Source: Candidatus Sabulitectum sp. (GTDB lineage Bacteria > Fermentibacterota > Fermentibacteria > Fermentibacterales > JCC-6). From it: DNA of 40,777 bases. The notes beneath the pieces are model-generated. The model was not told the DNA's origin, did no database searches, and saw only the letters and a list, made by a program, of their open reading frames with translations. Positions 35,868 through 40,777 of this stretch are shown here, in pieces; the first letter of the stretch is position 1, and each line of letters begins with the position of its first letter. Location of the stretch: positions 1-40,777 of the forward strand of contig JAOZRM010000001.1 in the NCBI GenBank assembly GCA_029940175.1. Reading direction: 5' to 3'. Position numbers and translations under genes: made by a program.

Positions 35868-36469
35868 TTGACATCAACCCCATTCCCGGGGGTCACCTTG
35901 CCAACCTTAACTCTTGCTGGTCTAAGAAGATCCTGCCCAAAATAGTAACCCTTCTGAAACACTTCAAGAACGATATCCACATCTCCCTCATCCATGCTCT
36001 CTGCAACCATTGCCTCATGAATGTTGGGATTAAATGGATCACCAGGTTCAGTAGAAACTACTTCAAGACCTTCCTTCTTCAAGACTGCTTGAAGCTGTTC
36101 CGATGTCTGCATTATCCCGTCAACAACGTCCTTGTCAGAATGATCTTCCCGACAGATGGTCTTGGCCCTGTCAAAATTATCTAACACAGTGAGAAGCTCT
36201 TCGATCAGTTTTCTTCTGCCCTGCTCTATAAGTCTCTTGAAATCCCTTGATTGACGCTTCCTGTAGTTGTCAAATTCAGCGGCAAGCCTCTGATATCTGT
36301 CAAGCAGATCATCACGCTCTTTCTCAAGAGATTCAATTTGATCAGTGGGAGAAATATCAGGATCGGGAAGATCAGGATTCTCAATCTCTGCTTCCGGTCC
36401 GGAAGGGCGGGGCTTTGCGCCTCGCCTTCCGTCTTTATCTGATTTCTTACTTCTTCTTGGATCGGCCAT
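35864..36469 (-). CDS. grpE: Nucleotide exchange factor GrpE
   Basis: The RLAAEFDNYRKR coiled-coil motif and the C-terminal FNPNIHEAM...GY....LLRPARVKV are typical GrpE. Confidence 0.9.
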   Translation of the reverse strand: MADPRRSKKSDKDGRRGAKPRPSGPEAEIENPDLPDPDISPTDQIESLEKERDDLLDRYQRLAAEFDNYRKRQSRDFKRLIEQGRRKLIEELLTVLDNFDRAKTICREDHSDKDVVDGIMQTSEQLQAVLKKEGLEVVSTEPGDPFNPNIHEAMVAESMDEGDVDIVLEVFQKGYYFGQDLLRPARVKVGKVTPGNGVDVN

Positions 36470-38364
36470 TACTCATCTACCACTTCAAAGTCGGCATCTA
36501 CAGCGTCATCTCCAGTGGTTTCCTGCTCTGGTTCACCAGGTTCACCCTGCTGTGGTTGTTCAGCATTCTGCTGGTGGAATCTGGTTCCGACTTCCTGCCA
36601 GACTTTTTCAAGCTCCTCGACCTTTGAAGAGATAACTGAGTCATCATCACCCTCAAGAGCCTTCCTGGTCTCAGAAATTGCTTCTTCAAGCGTGGCCTTG
36701 TCTGCACCATCAAGCTTGTCTCCCATTTCCTCGATCTGCTTTTCAACCTGGTAGGCAAGATTCTCACCCTTGTTCCTGGTATCAACAGCAGCCCTGCGCT
36801 GCTCGTCCTCTGAAGCGTGTACTTCTGCATCCTTGACCATCTGATCTATATCGGTCTCAGAAAGACCACTGGTTGCTTCAATCTTTATCTTCTGTTCTTT
36901 GCCGGTGGACTTATCCTTGGCTGAAACATGCACGATACCATTGGCATCTATATCAAACTCGACCTCGATCTGAGGAAGTCCGCGAGGGGCTGGCGGGATT
37001 CCTTCAAGAGTAAAGCGACCGAGAGTTCTGTTATCAGCAGCCATTTTTCTCTCGCCCTGAAGAACATGTATCTCAACACTTGTCTGACTGTCGGCAGCAG
37101 TGCTGAATATCTGACTTTTCTTGGTTGGAATCGTTGAATTTCTGTCGATGATCGAAGTGAAAACAGCACCAAGTGTTTCAATACCCAGAGTAAGAGGTGT
37201 TACATCGAGAAGAAGAACATCCTTGATGTCTCCACTGAGAACACCAGCCTGGATTGCTGCACCCACTGCAACAACCTCATCAGGATTAACTCCCTTGTGA
37301 GGCTCACGCTTGAAGATCTCTGTAACCTTCTCCTGAACAAGGGGCATTCTGGTCATTCCACCCACAAGAATCACTTCGCTGATGTCAGAGGCTGAAACTC
37401 TTGCATCCTTCAAAGCCTGAAGGCATGGTTTCACAGTCTCTTCAACAAGTGATGCTGAAAGCTGCTCGTACTTCGCCCTTGAAAGAGTCAAGCTGAGATG
37501 CTTGGGTCCAGCGGCATCTGCAGTAACGAAAGGCAGGCTGATATCAGTACTCTTTGTGGTTGAAAGCTCGCATTTTGCTTTCTCGGCAGCTTCTTTAAGC
37601 CTCTGAAAAGCCATTTGATCTGCAGAGAGATCAATACCCTGATCTTTCTTGAACTCACTGACCATCCAGTCAATAATGACCTGATCGAAATCGTCGCCAC
37701 CAAGGTGTGTATTACCATTGGTGGACTTAACTTCAAATACTCCGTCTCCAATCTCAAGGATTGAAACATCGAAAGTACCACCCCCAAGATCATAAACAGC
37801 AATGGTTGAGTTCCCCTTCTGCTTGTCCATGCCATAGGCAAGAGCAGCAGCGGTAGGCTCATTGACAATACGGAGTACTTCAAGACCGGCAATCCTGCCG
37901 GCATCTTTTGTGGCCTGTCGCTGGCTGTCATTGAAGTAAGCCGGAACGGTAATAACAGCCTGTGTCACATTTTCACCAAGGTAATCCTCTGCTGTCTGCT
38001 TCATTTTTTGAAGAATCATGGCGCTGATCTCAGCAGGTGAGTATTTCTTTCCAAACACCTCAACCCAGGCATCATTACTCTTGCCTTCCACAATCTTGAA
38101 TGGAACTCTGTTGATCTCTTTGCTGGCTTCGCCGAAATGCATTCCCATGAAACGCTTGATGGAAAAAATGGTGTTTCCCGGATTGGCTACTGCCTGTCTG
38201 CGGGCAACCACACCGATGTGTCTCTCGCCGTTCTCATTGAATGCAACCACTGAGGGGGTTGTTCGTGTTCCCTCTGCATTGGGAATAACAACCGGCTCGC
38301 CACCTTCCATAACTGCAACACAGGAGTTGGTTGTACCCAAGTCAATTCCTATGACTTTACTCAT
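36469..38364 (-). CDS. dnaK: Chaperone DnaK (Hsp70)
   Basis: [39 protein letters not shown]. Start at 38364 with GGAGGA RBS; the track start at 38424 is an upstream artefact. Confidence 0.97.
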   Translation of the reverse strand: MSKVIGIDLGTTNSCVAVMEGGEPVVIPNAEGTRTTPSVVAFNENGERHIGVVARRQAVANPGNTIFSIKRFMGMHFGEASKEINRVPFKIVEGKSNDAWVEVFGKKYSPAEISAMILQKMKQTAEDYLGENVTQAVITVPAYFNDSQRQATKDAGRIAGLEVLRIVNEPTAAALAYGMDKQKGNSTIAVYDLGGGTFDVSILEIGDGVFEVKSTNGNTHLGGDDFDQVIIDWMVSEFKKDQGIDLSADQMAFQRLKEAAEKAKCELSTTKSTDISLPFVTADAAGPKHLSLTLSRAKYEQLSASLVEETVKPCLQALKDARVSASDISEVILVGGMTRMPLVQEKVTEIFKREPHKGVNPDEVVAVGAAIQAGVLSGDIKDVLLLDVTPLTLGIETLGAVFTSIIDRNSTIPTKKSQIFSTAADSQTSVEIHVLQGERKMAADNRTLGRFTLEGIPPAPRGLPQIEVEFDIDANGIVHVSAKDKSTGKEQKIKIEATSGLSETDIDQMVKDAEVHASEDEQRRAAVDTRNKGENLAYQVEKQIEEMGDKLDGADKATLEEAISETRKALEGDDDSVISSKVEELEKVWQEVGTRFHQQNAEQPQQGEPGEPEQETTGDDAVDADFEVVDE

Positions 38365-38459
38365 TTCTATTCCTCCTTCTAGTTTTTTATATCTAAACTT
38401 ATCTACATAATTGATTGCATGCATTTACTGCATCTTTCGTTGTCAGCTAGATGTAAAGC

Positions 38460-38487
38460 AATTGCCATGCCATTAAATTGCATTGCC
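38460..38487. repeat. Tandem 12-nt direct repeat (period 16) in the dnaK/uvrA intergenic region
   Basis: AATTGCCATGCC (38460..38471) and AATTGCATTGCC (38476..38487) are 10/12 identical. Confidence 0.3.
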
Positions 38488-38489
38488 TT

Positions 38490-38518
38490 ATTATGTTGCA
38501 CAATAACATGTTACTCAA
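38490..38518 (-). promoter_or_regulatory. Candidate dnaK promoter
   Basis: Minus strand TTGAGT (38518..38513), 17-nt spacer, CATAAT (38495..38490). Confidence 0.3.
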
Positions 38519-38526
38519 TACACCCC

Positions 38527-38555
38527 TTGCGTTCTGCTAACTATCCCAATACAAT
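38527..38555 (+). promoter_or_regulatory. Candidate uvrA promoter
   Basis: TTGCGT (38527..38532), 17-nt spacer, TACAAT (38550..38555). It sits back to back with the dnaK candidate. Confidence 0.3.
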
Positions 38556-38618
38556 GGTGCAAATGTGACACATGCAGGCATGGAGTTATATTAGGGGTCA
38601 CGCAAAACAGGAGTGGGT

Positions 38619-40777
38619 ATGTCCAGCGATAAAATAAAAGTCAGAGGAGCTCGAGAACACAATCTAAAGGGTGTTACAGTAGAGTTTCCAAAGGAATCTC
38701 TAATTGTCTGTGCAGGTGTTTCCGGGTCGGGAAAAAGTTCATTCGCTTTTGATACTTTGTATGCGGAAGGTCAGAGAAGATACATTGAATCTCTTTCTTC
38801 GTATGCGCGTCAGTTTCTCGGTCAGATGGATAAGCCTGAATTTGAGTCAATCGAAGGCCTTTCTCCTGCTATCTCAATCGAGCAGAAAACGGTCAGCCAT
38901 AATCCCAGATCTACGGTTGGAACAGTTACGGAGATCGCAGATTACCTGAGAGTACTTTATGCCAGGGCCGGTACACCTCACTGTCCCACCTGCGGAAGAG
39001 AGGTCACCACTCAGACATCTCAGCAGATGACAGATACCATTCTGGGAATGAAGAATGAAGCCAGGATCATGATAACAGCCCCGGTACTTACCAACCGCAA
39101 GGGGGCTCACGAGGAACTGCTTTCAGATATTCGTGAAAAAGGTTTCGTAAGAATTCTCCTGAACGACGAACTCACAGATCTGGATCAGGTAACGGAACTG
39201 AACAAGAAAAAACGAAACTCGATCTCAGTTGTTGTTGACAGAATTGTTATCAAGCCAGGCATCGAAAGTCGACTGAATGACTCTGTCGAAACCGCTTCAA
39301 AACTTGGCGGCGGTGTGATAGCCGTTATTGATGCTGACACAGGGCACAGAACAATGATGAGCGAACACAACGCCTGTCTTCACTGCGGCATCAGTCTTCC
39401 TGAATTATCTCCTCAGCTTTTTAGTTTCAACAACCCCCTGGGCATGTGCCCAAGGTGTTCAGGACTTGGTTACATACTTAAGGTTGACCCTGATCTTATT
39501 ATCCCGAAACCTGCCATGACAATACAGTCAGGAGCCATTGTTCCCTGGGGAATTCCACAGGGCTGGGTTGCAGCATCTCTTCGAACAATGTGTCAGGAAA
39601 TGAATTTCAATCTTCATACTCCGTGGACTCGATTACCGGAGGAAGTGAAGGAAATGATCCTTTACGGTTCCGGCAAGAAAGAATTCGATGTAAGCTGGAA
39701 AACAAACCATTCATCCGGCAACTGGAGCGGACCGTTTGAAGGTATTGTGCACCGTATTGACAGGCTCTATCATCAAACAGGCAGCGATGATATGCGGAAG
39801 TACTACGAGAAATTCTTCCGCAAGTACACCTGCGATGACTGTGGAGGATCAAGAATCAGGTCGGAGGCTCGAGCAGTACTCATTGGCAACAGGGGAATTC
39901 ATGAAATATCAGACAATACAGTAGGTGAAACCCTTAATTTTTTCAACACTGTTGAACTAACAGACTATCAGAGAGCAATTGCCAAAGGACTGCTGAAGGA
40001 GATTATTTCCCGGCTCAGCTTCCTGACTGATGTGGGTCTGCACTATCTTACTCTGAACCGGTCCGCTCCATCTCTGTCAGGTGGAGAAGCACAACGAATC
40101 AGGCTTGCCAGTCAGATTGGCAGTGGCTTAACCGGAGTTCTATACGTTCTGGATGAGCCTACAGTGGGTCTTCATCCAAGAGACAATGCTCGACTTGTGG
40201 TCACCCTTGAGCATCTCCGGGACATCGGGAACACTGTGATCGTTGTGGAACATGACACTGATACTCTTCTCAAGGCAGATCACATCATAGATTTCGGACC
40301 GGGAGCAGGATCTCATGGCGGGGAAGTTGTGGCACAGGGCACTCCTGCAGAAATAATGGCGCACCCTGATTCCATTACAGGAGCATATCTTTCCGGCAAG
40401 AAGACAATAGTTCGACTGGGTGAACCCAGAACAAAGAAAACCCCCATTCTTTCCCTGAACGGAGCAACTCTTCACAATTTGAAATCTGTAGATTTCAAAA
40501 TCCCTCTGGGGAGATTGATCTCTGTTACAGGAGTGTCCGGTTCGGGAAAGAGTTCTCTTGTGGGCCAAACCCTGTATCCTGCTGTTTCCCGCCTTATCGG
40601 CGGTGCTTCCAGCATGAAGCCGGGCCCGTACGACTCTATTGATGGCATCAGACACATAGATAAGATCATCAACATCACCCAGGATCCAATCGGTCGCACT
40701 CCAAGGTCAAATCCCGCAACTTATACAAAGGTGTTCGACAGCATCAGAAATCTCTTTGCGGAAATGCCGGAATCAAG
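38619..40777 (+). CDS. uvrA: Excinuclease ABC subunit A, N-terminal ~719 aa; 3' end lies outside the window
   Basis: Absent from the ORF track because it has no in-window stop. My translation from the ATG at 38619 (AGGAG upstream) reads MSSDKIKVRGAREHNLKGVTVEFPKESLIVCAGVSGSGKSSFAFDTLYAEGQRRYIESLSSYARQFLGQ... It continues with LSGGEAQRIRLASQIG, VLDEPTVGLHPRD and a second GVSGSGKSSL. Confidence 0.95.
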   Translation, partial: MSSDKIKVRGAREHNLKGVTVEFPKESLIVCAGVSGSGKSSFAFDTLYAEGQRRYIESLSSYARQFLGQMDKPEFESIEGLSPAISIEQKTVSHNPRSTVGTVTEIADYLRVLYARAGTPHCPTCGREVTTQTSQQMTDTILGMKNEARIMITAPVLTNRKGAHEELLSDIREKGFVRILLNDELTDLDQVTELNKKKRNSISVVVDRIVIKPGIESRLNDSVETASKLGGGVIAVIDADTGHRTMMSEHNACLHCGISLPELSPQLFSFNNPLGMCPRCSGLGYILKVDPDLIIPKPAMTIQSGAIVPWGIPQGWVAASLRTMCQEMNFNLHTPWTRLPEEVKEMILYGSGKKEFDVSWKTNHSSGNWSGPFEGIVHRIDRLYHQTGSDDMRKYYEKFFRKYTCDDCGGSRIRSEARAVLIGNRGIHEISDNTVGETLNFFNTVELTDYQRAIAKGLLKEIISRLSFLTDVGLHYLTLNRSAPSLSGGEAQRIRLASQIGSGLTGVLYVLDEPTVGLHPRDNARLVVTLEHLRDIGNTVIVVEHDTDTLLKADHIIDFGPGAGSHGGEVVAQGTPAEIMAHPDSITGAYLSGKKTIVRLGEPRTKKTPILSLNGATLHNLKSVDFKIPLGRLISVTGVSGSGKSSLVGQTLYPAVSRLIGGASSMKPGPYDSIDGIRHIDKIINITQDPIGRTPRSNPATYTKVFDSIRNLFAEMPES

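Noticed and set aside
38511-38540. CIRCE-like TTAGCAGAAC...GAGTAA upstream of dnaK (minus strand)
   Set aside because: Only the outer TTAGCA and GAGTAA fragments resemble CIRCE. The spacing is 15 nt rather than 9, and the inner arms are not complementary.
38704-40699. Several 60-171-aa ORFs on both strands (38704-38949, 38874-39110, 39185-39370, 39607-39852, 39736-39924, 40140-40655, 40472-40699)
   Set aside because: All lie inside the uvrA reading frame, which translates cleanly with both Walker A sites and the ABC signature. uvrA is missing from the track only because its stop is outside the window.
1-40777. Alternative genetic code, prompted by two in-frame continuations after stop codons
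   Set aside because: TAA, TAG and TGA each terminate several genes exactly where homologues end (TGA for fprA, perR and grpE; TAG for hrb, aspS and metG; TAA for dfx, rbr and dnaK). No gene needs an internal stop to be read through.
1-40777. CRISPR arrays, rRNA/tRNA genes, IS elements, integrases, prophage genes
   Set aside because: I found no regularly spaced direct repeats, no tRNA cloverleaf candidates, and no ORF with transposase, integrase or phage structural signatures. The largest non-coding gaps (about 100-250 nt) are explained by promoters and terminators.

Overview
This is a 40.8-kb chromosomal segment from what looks like a strictly anaerobic, uncultured-type bacterium. It uses the standard genetic code, and GGAGG-type ribosome-binding sites (RBS) and sigma70-like -35/-10 promoters are visible. 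One type IX secretion system (T9SS) C-terminal sorting domain hints at the FCB superphylum (Fibrobacteres-Chlorobi-Bacteroidetes group), but the species cannot be identified from sequence alone. I support about 45 genes, most of them housekeeping. They include rocD (partial), a six-gene O2/ROS detoxification operon (perR-rbr-dfx-ftn-fprA-hrb), aspS, buk with a split methylmalonyl-CoA mutase large subunit, and an envelope block (secreted repeat protein, lipoprotein, O-antigen-ligase-like/TPR protein). They also include three consecutive peptidases, a long minus-strand operon (metK, envC-like, holB, PSP1/ricT-like, metG, DUF2334), an OadA/5S-type carboxyltransferase, dnaK-grpE-dnaJ and uvrA (partial). 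The only clearly accessory part is 1.0-3.6 kb, which holds an AbiEi/AbiEii module next to a reverse-order PIN-Phd cassette with a third Cys-rich ORF. I found no rRNA, tRNA, CRISPR array, transposase or integrase. Nothing here can be shown to be a new system from sequence alone. The best follow-up candidates are:
- the PIN-Phd-Cys-rich cassette;
- a DUF2400 (HhH-glycosylase-like) gene coupled to the ROS operon that has no canonical start codon;
- two cases where a hydrophobic ORF continues in frame straight after a stop codon (lipoprotein/O-antigen-ligase-like, and dnaJ/59-aa two-TM peptide);
- a secreted repeat protein with an unplaced C-terminal WGSIKSLF motif.
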